From NCBI GenBank assembly GCA_044070495.1, contig JBIPSI010000001.1, positions 64,001 to 128,000 of the forward strand: 64,000 nt of DNA, read 5' to 3'. Positions 1 through 10,068 of the stretch are shown here, piece by piece. The DNA is from Spirulina sp. (GTDB lineage: Bacteria; Cyanobacteriota; Cyanobacteriia; Phormidesmidales; Phormidesmidaceae). Position 1 is the stretch's first letter. Each line of letters opens with the position of its first letter. The notes under the pieces are model-generated. The model had not been told where the DNA came from. It was given only the letters and a program-made list of their open reading frames with translations, and did no database searches. The position numbers and the translations under genes are program-made.

Positions 1-98
1 AGATCAAAGGGCTGACCCGAAAATTCTTGGTTGTAGCGTTGGGCAACGGCCTGGAGGGCGGCCCCCCAGGGGGAGGGATCGGCGGTGGGTAGGGTCAT
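1..98 (-). CDS. N-terminal part of a probable class I SAM-dependent methyltransferase (runs off the window edge)
   Basis: Manual translation from ATG at 98: MTLPTADPSPWGAALQAVAQRYNQEFSGQPFD..., resembling the N-terminus of a conserved cyanobacterial methyltransferase; starts just downstream of the 60-aa ORF. Confidence 0.45.
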   Translation of the reverse strand, partial: MTLPTADPSPWGAALQAVAQRYNQEFSGQPFD

Positions 99-109
99 TC
101 GCGTACGCC

Positions 110-292
110 CTAACCCTTGAGGGCGCGGTTGAAGTTTTCGCGGTAGGACTTGCTAAAGGCCAAAAACAACGGCCACAGAACGGTAAATTTCACCTTGCCC
201 TCACTGAAGTTGGTGCGTTTAAATCCGGCCCAAAACTTCCAAGCGCCGCCGCCATAGATGCCGACCAATAGTAATACGAGCAATGTTTCCAT
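110..292 (-). CDS. Small conserved membrane protein
   Basis: 60-aa ORF with hydrophobic N-terminus; AGGAG RBS upstream (ctcct at 301-305 on +). Confidence 0.75.
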   Translation of the reverse strand: METLLVLLLVGIYGGGAWKFWAGFKRTNFSEGKVKFTVLWPLFLAFSKSYRENFNRALKG

Positions 293-640
293 AGGTTATC
301 CTCCTTACCTGGGGGTGCTCCCCTTTCCCTATAAAATACCGATATTAACGGGTTTCTGTGGGTGAGGATATCAGGGCAGGGCCAAGGTTTGGCAAAAGGC
401 CATCTCAGCCCAGGGACTCAGCCCTAGGATAGAGATGCGAGGGACGGCCCTCCCGTAAGCTATCCAGGGGGACGGCGGATCTAGTTCAGAGGTTCTGGTC
501 TGACCCTTCTCTAGCCTAAGGATGCCCCCAGCAGTGGGGTGATGTCCTTGGTTTAACCGAGGTTCCTACCCCTGGGGGGTTATGCTCCTAGGGCATGGTG
601 ACGAACCCAGACGATTGTTTAGCAGCAGGAAGGAGACAAG

Positions 641-3169
641 ATGCGTGCAGTGTTAATGGCTGGCGGTTCCGGGACGCGGTTGCGCCCACTCACCTGCGAT
701 CTGCCAAAGCCCATGGTGCCGATCCTGAATCGACCGATTGCCGAGCACATCGTTAACCTGCTGAAGCGCAACGGCATCCATGAGGTGATCGCCACCCTGC
801 ACTATCTGCCCGACATCATGCGCGACTACTTCCAGGACGGGCGCGACTTTGGGGTGCAGATGACCTACGCCGTGGAGGAGGATCAGCCCCTAGGCACGGC
901 GGGCTGTGTGAAAAATATTTCTGACTTATTAGACGACACCTTTTTGGTGATCAGCGGCGACAGCGTTACGGATTTTGACCTGCAAGCGGCGATTCGCTTC
1001 CATCGTGAGAAGGGTTCTAAGGCCACCCTGGTGCTGACTCGCGTGCCCAACCCCATCGAGTTTGGGGTGGTGATTACCAACGCTGAGGGCCAGATCCAGC
1101 GCTTCCTAGAAAAACCCTCCACCAGCGAAATTTTTTCCGACACCGTCAACACGGGCACCTATATTTTGGAACCGGAGGTGCTGGACTACCTGCCCGCCAA
1201 CCAAGAATCCGACTTTTCTAAGGATTTGTTTCCCCTGCTGTTAGAAAAGGGCGAACCCATCTACGGCTATGTAGCCGAGGGCTACTGGTGCGATGTGGGC
1301 CACCTAGAAGCCTACCGGGAGGCCCAGTACGATGCCCTGCACCGCAAGGTGGTGGTCGATTATGCCTACCCGGAGACAGAATCAGGGGTTTGGGTGGGCG
1401 ACAATACCTACATCGACCCCACCGCCAAACTGCATCCCCCGGTGATGATTGGCAACAACTGCCGGATTGGGGCGCGGACGGTGCTCGAACCGGGCACCGT
1501 GGTCGGCGACAACGTCACCATCGGCAACGATGCCGATCTGAAGCGTCCGATTGTCTGGAATGGAGCGATTGTGGGAGATGAGGTGCACCTGCGGGCCTGT
1601 AGCATTGCGCGGGGGGCCAGGGTAGATCGTCGTTCCCACGTCCTAGAGGGGGCGGTGATTGGGCCGCTGACTACCGTTGGCGAAGAGGCCCAGATTAGCC
1701 CTGGGGTACGGGTTTGGCCAAGTAAGCAAATTGAATCAGGGGCAACGTTGAACATCAATTTAATTTGGGGCAACACGGCACAGCGCAATTTGTTTGGTCA
1801 GCGGGGCGTTTCCGGGCTGGCCAACATCGACATCACGCCGGAATTTGCCGTCAAACTGGGGGCCGCCTACGGTTCCACCCTCAAGCCCGGTTCCCACGTC
1901 ACCGTCTCGCGGGATCAGCGCAGCATCTCCCGTATGGGATCCCGTTCCCTGATTGCGGGGCTGATGTCCGTGGGGGTAAACGTCCAAAACCTAGAGGCCA
2001 CCGCCATCCCCGTGGCCCGTAGCGTGATCGCCCAAATGCCTGTGGTGGGCGGCATCCATGTGCGGCTGCACCCCGACCGACCCGACCATGTGCTGATCGA
2101 GTTCTTCGACGAGCACGGCATCGACATTCCCAAGGGCAAGGAAAAGAAAATCGAAGGGGCCTACTTCAAGGAAGACCTGCGCCGCTGCGCCATCGACGAA
2201 ATCGGCACCGTCACCTATCCAGCCCAGGTGGTTTCCACCTACACCACCGCCTTTGAAAAGCACCTCAACGTCGAGGCGGTGCTCAACAGTCAGGCCAAGG
2301 TGGTGATTGACTACGTTTACGCCGTTTCGGGTGCGGTGCTGCCGCAAATTTTGGGCAAGTTTGGCTGCGATGCCGTGGTGCTGAATGCCAGTCTGCGCCA
2401 GTCGCCTCTCTCCCCCGACGACCGGGAGGTGATGCTGGGCCAACTGGGCCAAGTGGTGCAGGCGCTGCGGGCCACCTTTGGGGCACAGGTCTCCGCCAAC
2501 GGCGAACAGCTCATCCTCGTCGATGAAATGGGGAGCCAAATTCGCGGCGAAACCCTGACCGCCCTGATGGCCCACATGATGCTGACCTGCCATCCCAAGG
2601 GCACCATCGTGGTTCCAGTGCAAGCCTCCGGGGCGGTGGAGCAAATTGCCCGTCGCCACGGCGGGCAGGTAATTCGCACCAAGGCCAACCCTACGGCGCT
2701 GATGCAAGCCTGCCAGGAAAACCCCAACGTCGTCCTCGGCGGCAGCGGCGATATGGGCTTTATTTTCCCCGAACTGCACCCCGGCTTCGATGCCATGTTC
2801 TGCATCGCCAAGCTGATTGAAATGCTCAGCCTGCAAGACCATTCCCTCGGCCAAATTTGGTCAGACCTGCCCCGCATCACCCACCGCACCCAAACCCTGC
2901 GCTGCCCCTGGACGGTGAAGGGTGCCCTAATGCGCTACCTGGTGGAAGAAACGCCCCAAGAACACCTAGAACTGATCGACGGGGTTAAAATCTTAGGAGA
3001 CAATCCCGACGATTGGGTGCTGGTGCTGCCCGATGCCGGGGAACCCCTTGTCCATCTCTTTGGCAACAGCCAAAACCGAGACTGGCTCGATGCCACCATG
3101 GACAAGTACCATAACCAGGTGCAACAGTTTATTGACCAAGCCCAGGGGATGCCCTCCCAGGCCCTCTAA
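641..3169 (+). CDS. Mannose-1-phosphate guanylyltransferase / phosphomannomutase-like fusion
   Basis: MRAVLMAGGSGTRLRPLT nucleotidyltransferase motif, hexapeptide-repeat middle region, C-terminal phosphohexomutase-like domain; AGGAG RBS. Confidence 0.9.
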   Translation: MRAVLMAGGSGTRLRPLTCDLPKPMVPILNRPIAEHIVNLLKRNGIHEVIATLHYLPDIMRDYFQDGRDFGVQMTYAVEEDQPLGTAGCVKNISDLLDDTFLVISGDSVTDFDLQAAIRFHREKGSKATLVLTRVPNPIEFGVVITNAEGQIQRFLEKPSTSEIFSDTVNTGTYILEPEVLDYLPANQESDFSKDLFPLLLEKGEPIYGYVAEGYWCDVGHLEAYREAQYDALHRKVVVDYAYPETESGVWVGDNTYIDPTAKLHPPVMIGNNCRIGARTVLEPGTVVGDNVTIGNDADLKRPIVWNGAIVGDEVHLRACSIARGARVDRRSHVLEGAVIGPLTTVGEEAQISPGVRVWPSKQIESGATLNINLIWGNTAQRNLFGQRGVSGLANIDITPEFAVKLGAAYGSTLKPGSHVTVSRDQRSISRMGSRSLIAGLMSVGVNVQNLEATAIPVARSVIAQMPVVGGIHVRLHPDRPDHVLIEFFDEHGIDIPKGKEKKIEGAYFKEDLRRCAIDEIGTVTYPAQVVSTYTTAFEKHLNVEAVLNSQAKVVIDYVYAVSGAVLPQILGKFGCDAVVLNASLRQSPLSPDDREVMLGQLGQVVQALRATFGAQVSANGEQLILVDEMGSQIRGETLTALMAHMMLTCHPKGTIVVPVQASGAVEQIARRHGGQVIRTKANPTALMQACQENPNVVLGGSGDMGFIFPELHPGFDAMFCIAKLIEMLSLQDHSLGQIWSDLPRITHRTQTLRCPWTVKGALMRYLVEETPQEHLELIDGVKILGDNPDDWVLVLPDAGEPLVHLFGNSQNRDWLDATMDKYHNQVQQFIDQAQGMPSQAL

Positions 3170-3209
3170 GCCAGGTGTCCGTGGCCCCAAACCCGTCTGG
3201 GTCTTTGTT

Positions 3210-3252
3210 TGGTCAGCCAACTGGTCAGCCAACTGGTCAGCCAACTGGCCAA
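3210..3252. repeat. 12-bp tandem repeat (TGGTCAGCCAAC) x about 3.5
   Basis: Seen directly in the intergenic sequence. Confidence 0.9.
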
Positions 3253-3306
3253 ACAGCGGGGTCACTAACTGGGCCACTTAATCCGGGTATCTAAGGAGAT
3301 CAGCCG

Positions 3307-3777
3307 ATGAACAACTGTATGCTTTTGGCGGAAATCGTCCAAGCCCCCCAACTTCGCTACACCTCGGATAACCAGCTTCCCGTGGCCGAGTTTGTCGTGC
3401 AGTTTCCGGGCCTGCGGGAGGGTGATCCGGCGGGGCAGATGAAGGTCGTCGGCTGGGGCAACCTGGCTCAGGAAATCCAGGAAAACTACCAAGTCGGCCA
3501 GCGCGTCCTGCTCGAAGGCCGCCTGGGTATGAACACCGTTGAACGGCCCGAAGGCTACAAGGAGAAACAGGCGGAAATGACCATCCAGCGCATCTACAAC
3601 GCCGGAACCTTTGCCACCATGCCCATGGCCGCCCCCACCGCCCTCGGTGCCAACGCCCCTGCGGCTACATCCGCCGCCCCCCGTCCTGCGGTAGCCACCC
3701 CCCGCCCTGCCGCCCCCACCCCTAGCCCCGCCGCCGAACCCGATCCCGGCATCAACTACGACGAAATTCCCTTTTAG
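3307..3777 (+). CDS. ssb: Single-stranded DNA-binding protein (cyanobacterial Ycf41-like SSB)
   Basis: OB-fold-like N-terminus (PQLRYT), Pro/Ala linker, acidic C-terminal tail DEIPF. Confidence 0.9.
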   Translation: MNNCMLLAEIVQAPQLRYTSDNQLPVAEFVVQFPGLREGDPAGQMKVVGWGNLAQEIQENYQVGQRVLLEGRLGMNTVERPEGYKEKQAEMTIQRIYNAGTFATMPMAAPTALGANAPAATSAAPRPAVATPRPAAPTPSPAAEPDPGINYDEIPF

Positions 3778-3807
3778 GTTACAGATATCAGCCTTGTTCT
3801 GCGAGAT

Positions 3808-3834
3808 AGTGTCAATGACAACGCGCAATGCCAT
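3808..3834 (-). pseudogene. Truncated 5' end of a PIN-family toxin
   Basis: MALRVVIDT begins 2 nt after the stop of the upstream small gene and matches the PIN N-terminal motif (xRVVIDTN); similarity stops after 9 codons. Confidence 0.5.
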
Positions 3835-3836
3835 AC

Positions 3837-4055
3837 CTAGTGCGGTTGCTGCCGTACTGCTTTAATCTCAGCCATGATGTCATCATCCGTAACATCCTCT
3901 GCTGGGGGCTGGGCGTAGAGTTCTTCTAGCAGAGTCGCAAGGTCAGCGCGCAAATCTAATTCAAGTAAGGCCTGGGCAACCTGCGCCCGCTCCTCTGGCT
4001 GGAGTTGCTGAACGGTCTGAATCAGTTGCTCTAGCGTAATGGGGACGGCAATCAT
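3837..4055 (-). CDS. Small antitoxin-like hypothetical protein
   Basis: 72 aa (ITLEQLIQTVQQL...TDDDIMAEIKAVR), typical of small genes preceding PIN toxins in cyanobacteria. Confidence 0.6.
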   Translation of the reverse strand: MIAVPITLEQLIQTVQQLQPEERAQVAQALLELDLRADLATLLEELYAQPPAEDVTDDDIMAEIKAVRQQPH

Positions 4056-4291
4056 CGCTTTTCTGTCCTCAGGGTTCTTCAATTGTAGAATTTCCACCGA
4101 TGCTATGACTAAGTTCGTGATTCCTTGAGCAACAAGCGTCTAGTGTCCTCTTCACGTCTCCGCCTGGTGGATGAACAAAATTAGCCAGAACCCAGGTCTG
4201 TCAAAGAGTCAGGAAACCTGCCCTCTACATTCTCCAAATGCCGTAGGGGATCGGTTGTGTGAGAATGATCGGTGTAGCCTCACGTTGTTCT

Positions 4292-4720
4292 ATGTCTACT
4301 CGCCCTGCCTCCATTGAGAAACTGGTCAGTCGGTTTCAGCAAACCGCCGACCCCAAGCGCCGCTACGAGCAGTTGCTATTTTTGGCTAAAAAGATGGAAC
4401 CCCTGCCCGACGAGTGCAAAACCCCGGAAACCAAGGTGCAGGGCTGTGTCTCCCAGGTGTTTGTGATTGCCGACCTGGTGGAGGGAAAAATGCAGTACCA
4501 GGCGGATTCTGACGCTCAAATTACCAAGGGTCTGGTGGCCTTTTTGGTGCGCGGACTCAACGGTCTGACTCCCCAGGAAATTGTTGACCTCAGCCCCGAT
4601 TTCATCAAAGACACCCAGCTTGATGTCAGCCTCACCCCCTCGCGGGCCAACGGGTTCTACAACATTTTCAAGAAAATGCAGACCCTCGCGGCTGGGTTCC
4701 TAGCGGCATCCCAAGCCTAG
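4292..4720 (+). CDS. sufE: Fe-S cluster assembly sulfur acceptor SufE
   Basis: [19 protein letters not shown] and LTPSRANGF motifs. Confidence 0.92.
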   Translation: MSTRPASIEKLVSRFQQTADPKRRYEQLLFLAKKMEPLPDECKTPETKVQGCVSQVFVIADLVEGKMQYQADSDAQITKGLVAFLVRGLNGLTPQEIVDLSPDFIKDTQLDVSLTPSRANGFYNIFKKMQTLAAGFLAASQA

Positions 4721-4743
4721 GCCCATTGCCCACGGATACCGCC

Positions 4744-6135
4744 ATGGCCCCAACCAGCCACCCAACTCAGGGCGAAACCATTGCCGCCATTGCCACCGCC
4801 ATTGTGCCGCAGCAGGGCAGTGTGGGGATCGTGCGGCTGTCGGGGGCCACGGCGGTCGCCATTGCCAAGGCGTTGTTTCGCGCCCCTGGACGTCAACCGT
4901 GGGAGAGCCACCGCATCCTCTACGGCTATGTGGCAGACCCAATCACGGGGCAGACGGTGGATGAGGCGCTATTGATGCTGATGTTGGCTCCCCGCTCCTA
5001 CACCCGCGAGGATGTGGTGGAATTTCACTGCCACGGCGGGGTGATGGCGGTGCAGCAGGTGTTGCAGTTGTGTTTGAACCAGGGGGCACGGCTGGCCCAA
5101 TCGGGGGAATTTACCCTGCGCGCCTTTTTGAACGGACGGCTCGACCTCACCCAGGCGGAGGGGGTGGCGGATTTGGTGGCGGCGCAATCCACCCTGGCAG
5201 CAAGGACGGCCCTAGCAGGAGTGCAGGGCAAACTCACCCAGCCCATCCGCACCCTGCGTTCCCGCTGCTTGGACATTTTGGCGGAAGTCGAAGCCCGCAT
5301 TGACTTTGAGGATGACCTGCCACCCCTGGATGAGGCGTCTGTTCAGCAAAACCTGAGTGCTGCCCTAACCGAAGTCAGCACCCTCCTAGGCACCGCAGAA
5401 CAGGGGGAACGCCTGCGTACCGGGCTGAAGGTGGCGATTGTAGGACGGCCCAACGTGGGCAAATCTAGCCTGCTGAATGCCTGGAGCCAGACGGATCGCG
5501 CCATTGTTACCGACCTGCCGGGGACGACCCGTGATGTGGTGGAGTCGCACCTCGTCGTGGGCGGCATTCCGGTGCAGGTGTTGGATACGGCGGGCATCCG
5601 CGAAGCCACCGACCAGGTAGAGCAGATTGGCATTGAACGATCCCGGAAAGCGGCCCAGGCAGCGGATTTGGTGTTGCTGACCCTCGATGCCACGGCGGGT
5701 TGGACGGAATCTGATCAAGCGCTTTACGACCTGGTGCAGGATCGGCCCCTGATTGTGGTGATCAACAAGCGGGACTTGGTGGACAAGACCGTGACTCTCC
5801 CGCTACCCGATGACACGCTACCCGTGGTCTACACCGCCGCCGCCCAAAATCAGGGGATCGACGCTTTGGAGAAGGCTATTCTCAAAGCCATCCACGCCGA
5901 TCAGATCGCCCTTGGCAACCTAGAATTTACCCTCAACCAGCGCCAAGCCGCCGCCCTCACCGAGGCCCAAATTGCCCTGCGCCAGGTACAACAGACCATC
6001 GACAGCCAGTTCCCCCTAGATTTTTGGACGATTGACCTACGCACCGCCATCCACGCCCTCGGTTCCATCACCGGGGATGAAATGACCGAATCCATGCTAG
6101 ACGAGATTTTCAGCCGCTTCTGCATCGGCAAATGA
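4744..6135 (+). CDS. mnmE: tRNA modification GTPase MnmE (TrmE)
   Basis: [28 protein letters not shown] and C-terminal FCIGK motifs. Confidence 0.97.
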   Translation: MAPTSHPTQGETIAAIATAIVPQQGSVGIVRLSGATAVAIAKALFRAPGRQPWESHRILYGYVADPITGQTVDEALLMLMLAPRSYTREDVVEFHCHGGVMAVQQVLQLCLNQGARLAQSGEFTLRAFLNGRLDLTQAEGVADLVAAQSTLAARTALAGVQGKLTQPIRTLRSRCLDILAEVEARIDFEDDLPPLDEASVQQNLSAALTEVSTLLGTAEQGERLRTGLKVAIVGRPNVGKSSLLNAWSQTDRAIVTDLPGTTRDVVESHLVVGGIPVQVLDTAGIREATDQVEQIGIERSRKAAQAADLVLLTLDATAGWTESDQALYDLVQDRPLIVVINKRDLVDKTVTLPLPDDTLPVVYTAAAQNQGIDALEKAILKAIHADQIALGNLEFTLNQRQAAALTEAQIALRQVQQTIDSQFPLDFWTIDLRTAIHALGSITGDEMTESMLDEIFSRFCIGK

Positions 6136-6166
6136 GGCCATCGTCTAGCCCCTACTCTTACCGTCG

Positions 6167-6430
6167 ATTCGTGGGGTGCATTCGCGGCTGCAATTGCCCT
6201 TGGCCATCGTCGGGGCATGTTTGTTCGCCACAGTGCACCATCATCCCAGCAACATTCGCGGCTGCAATTGCCCTTGGCCATCGTCGGGGCATGTTTGTTC
6301 GCCGCAATGCACCATCCCAGAAGCCAGCATGGCCAAACAAAATATAGATTCCCTCAATGGTGCATTGCGGCGAATGCAGAGCATGGGGCCATCGTTCCCT
6401 GGATTTGTGCCGCGAATGCACCCTACGAAT
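6167..6430. repeat. REP/REPIN-like element with 22-bp terminal inverted repeats and an internal duplication
   Basis: ATTCGTGGGGTGCATTCGCGGC ... GCCGCGAATGCACCCTACGAAT (1 mismatch); 51-bp direct repeat at 6179-6229 and 6253-6303. Confidence 0.8.
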
Positions 6431-6470
6431 GTCCACATAAGGTGGGGTAACATGAGGAGAAACCGGGGTT

Positions 6471-7715
6471 CTAGCGGTACTGCGCCGATGCCCTGATCGT
6501 GGGCTGAGCGGAAACACCGGCATTATCAATGTCGGACGAGGTCGCTTGGGCCGGAAGCCACAGGGTAAAACAACTGCCTTGGCCAGGGGTGGATTGCACC
6601 GTAATCGTCCCCCCGTGGAGGGTGGCCAACCGCTGAGCCAAATGCAGCCCTAAGCCGTGGCCCGCCCGCCGATGGTCGCCTTGGCGAAACCACTGAAACA
6701 CAGCCTGTTGTTCTGCTGGGGTCATGCCAATGCCCGTATCCTGCACCCGTACAGAAACCCAGGGGCCAGAATGCTGGGGGCTAGGCTGTAGCGGTTGTGG
6801 GGGTTCCGAGGATTGCCCTAGGGTAATCTCAATCCCACCTTGGTCGGTGAACTTAATGGCGTTGCCCACCAGGTTGGTCAAAATCCGTCGTAGTTCCAGG
6901 GTGTCGCCGATCACCGTCGGAAAGCCCTCGCTGCGGCTGACTGGGCGTTGGTCGCTGTTAGCCATTGGCGTTGCCCCAGCGATCACCTGACAGGTCAACC
7001 CCTTGGCTTCGGCCAGGGGACAGATCGCCTGAGCTACAGTCGTCACCAGATCTGGCAAATGGACGGGCAATTGGGCCAGGGTTTTCTGTCCAGCTTCGTG
7101 GCGGTACACTTCCAGCAGGGTGTTCACCATATTTAGCAGGTGATCGTTGCTGTCGATAATGCTCCCCATCGCCTCGTGGGCTTCATCGGGTAGGGGGCCA
7201 AAGGCATCGTTACGGCAGAGCTTTAGCATTCGGTTCGCGGCCACCAGGGGGGTGCGTAAATCGTGGGTGAGGCGGGCCACAAAGTCGTCTCGCTGGCGCA
7301 TCATATAAGTCTGGGCGTCCATACTTCGCTTCAGCCGCAGTAGGGAACGCACCCTAGCCCGCAATTCATTCACATCCACAGGTTTACGAATGAAGTCGTC
7401 GGCCCCCGCATCCAACCCCTGCACCAGGCTAGATTGGTCGTGGGCGGTAATCAGCAAAATGGGGATGTAGGGCAGATCTCGATCCTGCCGAATTTGCCGG
7501 GTTACGGCATAGCCATCTAGGTCGGGCATCATCACATCCAGCAAAATCAAGTCTGGAGGTTGCTGCTGTACCTGAGCCAAAGCCGCCTGTCCCCCATCCG
7601 CCAATCGAATACAGTAGGTGGGGTCGTCCAAAATCGTCTCAATCAAGAACAAGTTATCCGGCGAATCATCCACCGCCAAGATGTAAAAAGGTTCCGACAC
7701 CGATGCTACGGCCAT
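6471..7715 (-). CDS. Hybrid receiver domain / sensor histidine kinase
   Basis: N-terminal REC (LAVDD, LLDVMMP, KP), HisKA (HDLRTPL), HATPase (NLVGNAIKFT, DTGIG, GLGL). Confidence 0.93.
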   Translation of the reverse strand: MAVASVSEPFYILAVDDSPDNLFLIETILDDPTYCIRLADGGQAALAQVQQQPPDLILLDVMMPDLDGYAVTRQIRQDRDLPYIPILLITAHDQSSLVQGLDAGADDFIRKPVDVNELRARVRSLLRLKRSMDAQTYMMRQRDDFVARLTHDLRTPLVAANRMLKLCRNDAFGPLPDEAHEAMGSIIDSNDHLLNMVNTLLEVYRHEAGQKTLAQLPVHLPDLVTTVAQAICPLAEAKGLTCQVIAGATPMANSDQRPVSRSEGFPTVIGDTLELRRILTNLVGNAIKFTDQGGIEITLGQSSEPPQPLQPSPQHSGPWVSVRVQDTGIGMTPAEQQAVFQWFRQGDHRRAGHGLGLHLAQRLATLHGGTITVQSTPGQGSCFTLWLPAQATSSDIDNAGVSAQPTIRASAQYR

Positions 7716-7828
7716 TGACCAACCATGTTGATAGACCAGCGAGGGGAAAAGAGGCTAGCTTTACCTGTTTCTCCCTTGCCGACGTGTGCTTTCTTATTTA
7801 GCCCACAGTCTACCGAATTAGGCCTCTA

Positions 7829-7867
7829 TCTATTGGTTGGACTATTGGTTGGACTATTGGTTGGACT
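7829..7867. repeat. 12-bp tandem repeat (CTATTGGTTGGA) x3
   Basis: Seen directly. Confidence 0.85.
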
Positions 7868-7938
7868 TATGATCGTTGGGACTTGCCGCAACGGACGGAC
7901 AGGTAGGCACGGATAGCGGCTAGCAATAGCCGCCATGG

Positions 7939-8313
7939 CTATTCAGCTTGGCCACTTTGGCGACCCAGTTCGTAGACCCCGCCGATGATGAAAGCGATAA
8001 TTCCCAGGCTAACGGCCCAACTGCCGCCCAAGCTAAAGGAAAGACCGTAGTGGGCCACCCCTCCCATCGCTAAAAAGGGAACAACGCTAAGCAGCGAGGC
8101 CGCCGCCATTTGGGCCTCGTGGCCTCGGTTGGCTGGGGAATTAGACCGGGTTGACTGTTGTGGGTCAGCCTTGAGGGACTGAAGCCAGCGGTGGCAACCA
8201 TCAATCACCCGGTCGGCTACGGGAGAAAAGCCTAGGTACAGCGCCAAGGCCCAGAGCACTGTCCCTGCAACCGATCCAAGCCCTAGGGAAAAGGGAAAAA
8301 CAGAACTCATCAT
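7939..8313 (-). CDS. Conserved cyanobacterial membrane protein
   Basis: LWALALYLGFS and GVYELGR segments; directly downstream of ycf66. Confidence 0.75.
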   Translation of the reverse strand: MMSSVFPFSLGLGSVAGTVLWALALYLGFSPVADRVIDGCHRWLQSLKADPQQSTRSNSPANRGHEAQMAAASLLSVVPFLAMGGVAHYGLSFSLGGSWAVSLGIIAFIIGGVYELGRQSGQAE

Positions 8314-8318
8314 TGGCC

Positions 8319-9119
8319 CTAACTCCATCCGTCGGAGGGGCCACCGGGCCGATAGTCGGGCCGAGGAGAATTGCCAGAATCGGGCCGGTAACGATCTTGG
8401 TAGTCGCTGCGGGTTTTGGGACGACGGCGTCGCAGGCGTTCATCGGCACGGGGGGCACTGCTGTAGGTCGATCCTTCAGAATAAATCGGGCCAACCGATC
8501 CCTCGGAATAGCCAGATTCATCTGGTCGTTCCCCAGGCCGTTCCCCAGGCCGTTGATCCCCAAAATCATCGGGCCGTTGGCTAGGCGACATTCCCCCTCG
8601 GTCGTCGTAGCGGGGAGCGTAGGGATCTTGGGCATAACCGGAGGGCTGGGAGTAGGGCCGTCCGCCTTCATCGCGCCCCCCCAGCATGGGGCGAGGCCGC
8701 GCGTAGGGGTCTTCCAATCCGTAGTCCTGCCGATCTAATTCGGCCCGCAGATTGGCTCGGCTGTCGCCCCTATAGGCTGGACGACTGGGGCGAGAGGGGG
8801 GCCGATAGCCACCGCCACCATAGCCATCGCGACCGTCACCCTGAGGTGTAGGACGACCTTGGTAGGGTTCACGGGCGTTGATATTTTGAATCAGTAGGGC
8901 AGTCAGCATCCCCACCATAATCATTTGCTGAAAAGAGGGAATCAGTTCCATGGTGAGATGTCCCAGCAGGAACACCCCGGAAATCAGCATCAGAACGGCG
9001 TAGACCCGATCCGAATCGCGCCCATAACCTGGCCTAAAGCGTTCTAAAAAAAACAGCGCAACCGCGCCGAGAACCAAAAAAATACCAAGCAGCAGGGGAA
9101 CAGGGGTACCAAAATTCAC
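8319..9119 (-). CDS. ycf66: Ycf66 family protein
   Basis: NFG start, hydrophobic N-terminal domain with RP..RD.D motif, long R/P/D-rich tail; psbX synteny. Confidence 0.8.
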   Translation of the reverse strand: MNFGTPVPLLLGIFLVLGAVALFFLERFRPGYGRDSDRVYAVLMLISGVFLLGHLTMELIPSFQQMIMVGMLTALLIQNINAREPYQGRPTPQGDGRDGYGGGGYRPPSRPSRPAYRGDSRANLRAELDRQDYGLEDPYARPRPMLGGRDEGGRPYSQPSGYAQDPYAPRYDDRGGMSPSQRPDDFGDQRPGERPGERPDESGYSEGSVGPIYSEGSTYSSAPRADERLRRRRPKTRSDYQDRYRPDSGNSPRPDYRPGGPSDGWS

Positions 9120-9419
9120 AGCGGATTCCTCGATAGGATGGCAACGCCAAGGCCAGAAGTTCCTCTAGGGCGTGTACCTGGGATAGGTCAAAAACAGTCC
9201 CTGAGGATTCAGGCCAGCATTCACCTCAGGGAAGATAGTGCTGCTAGACAGCCCTAGCAGCAACCCCAGTCACACCAATTCTAACGGACTTCCGGCGATT
9301 CTATTGATGCCACGGCGACGGTTCCAGGGCAGATTTCCCGTCTGGGCACCCAACTCAGACACCAGAAGGGTCGGCAATACCCAAGGCATCACCGACCCTT
9401 CCTTCGGGATCAAACCGAA

Positions 9420-9539
9420 CTACTGACGCTGAATTTTGTCCCGTTGGCTCAGGAAGAGTAGGGCGACGGTGGCGGGAATCACAATAATGATGGCCCCAGC
9501 CAGGATGCTCAGCAGAAAATTCGTTAGCGAAGGTGTCAT
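9420..9539 (-). CDS. psbX: Photosystem II protein PsbX (not in the ORF track)
   Basis: Manual translation [39 protein letters not shown]; typical ycf66-psbX-YggT-accC neighbourhood. Confidence 0.95.
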   Translation of the reverse strand: MTPSLTNFLLSILAGAIIIVIPATVALLFLSQRDKIQRQ

Positions 9540-9732
9540 AGGGTCTTTGTCCTGATAACGGTTTAGACAAATTGTTACTCAATATTATTGATCAACTTTA
9601 CATCGCCAACACAACCGCTAGGCTAGGATTCAGCCCCAATCGGCCCAACTCCTGGGGATTCTGAGGGTGAGCGGCGGAACGGTGGTGTTTACAAAGCTTT
9701 AGAATAGGGACAGAATTCTAGATTTTTTAGGT

Positions 9733-10023
9733 GTGACTATGGCCATGGCAGCGGTGTTGAATTGGGGTGTAGGGCTCTTGCTAGCGCTGATGACCCTGCT
9801 ATTTATTTTCCGCATCGTCCTCACCTGGTACCCCCAGGTAGACCTGACTAAGCTACCGGTCTCCCTTGTCGTGTGGCCCACGGAACCGCTGCTGGCCCCG
9901 GTGCGCAGGCTGGTGCCCCCCATTGGCGGCGTTGACATTTCCCCAGTAATTTGGGTGGGCATCATCACCCTGCTGCGGGAAATTTTGGTGGGGCAGCAGG
10001 GTTTGCTGCGAATGCTGGGGTAG
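9733..10023 (+). CDS. YggT/Ycf19 family membrane protein
   Basis: RIVLTWYPQ, TEPLLAPVRRLVPPIGGVDISP motifs. Confidence 0.9.
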   Translation: MTMAMAAVLNWGVGLLLALMTLLFIFRIVLTWYPQVDLTKLPVSLVVWPTEPLLAPVRRLVPPIGGVDISPVIWVGIITLLREILVGQQGLLRMLG

Positions 10024-10068
10024 GGGGCACCCGAATCCGGTGTAATCTAGGACGCCTCATTACACGCG

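Noticed and set aside
1991..2889. Long antisense ORFs over housekeeping genes (here and throughout the window)
   Set aside because: Expected shadows of high-GC codon usage opposite well-supported genes
6132..6529. Several overlapping 70-126 aa ORFs, and a possible CRISPR array
   Set aside because: They overlie a palindromic REPIN with one duplication; there are only two long repeat units, no unique spacer series and no cas genes
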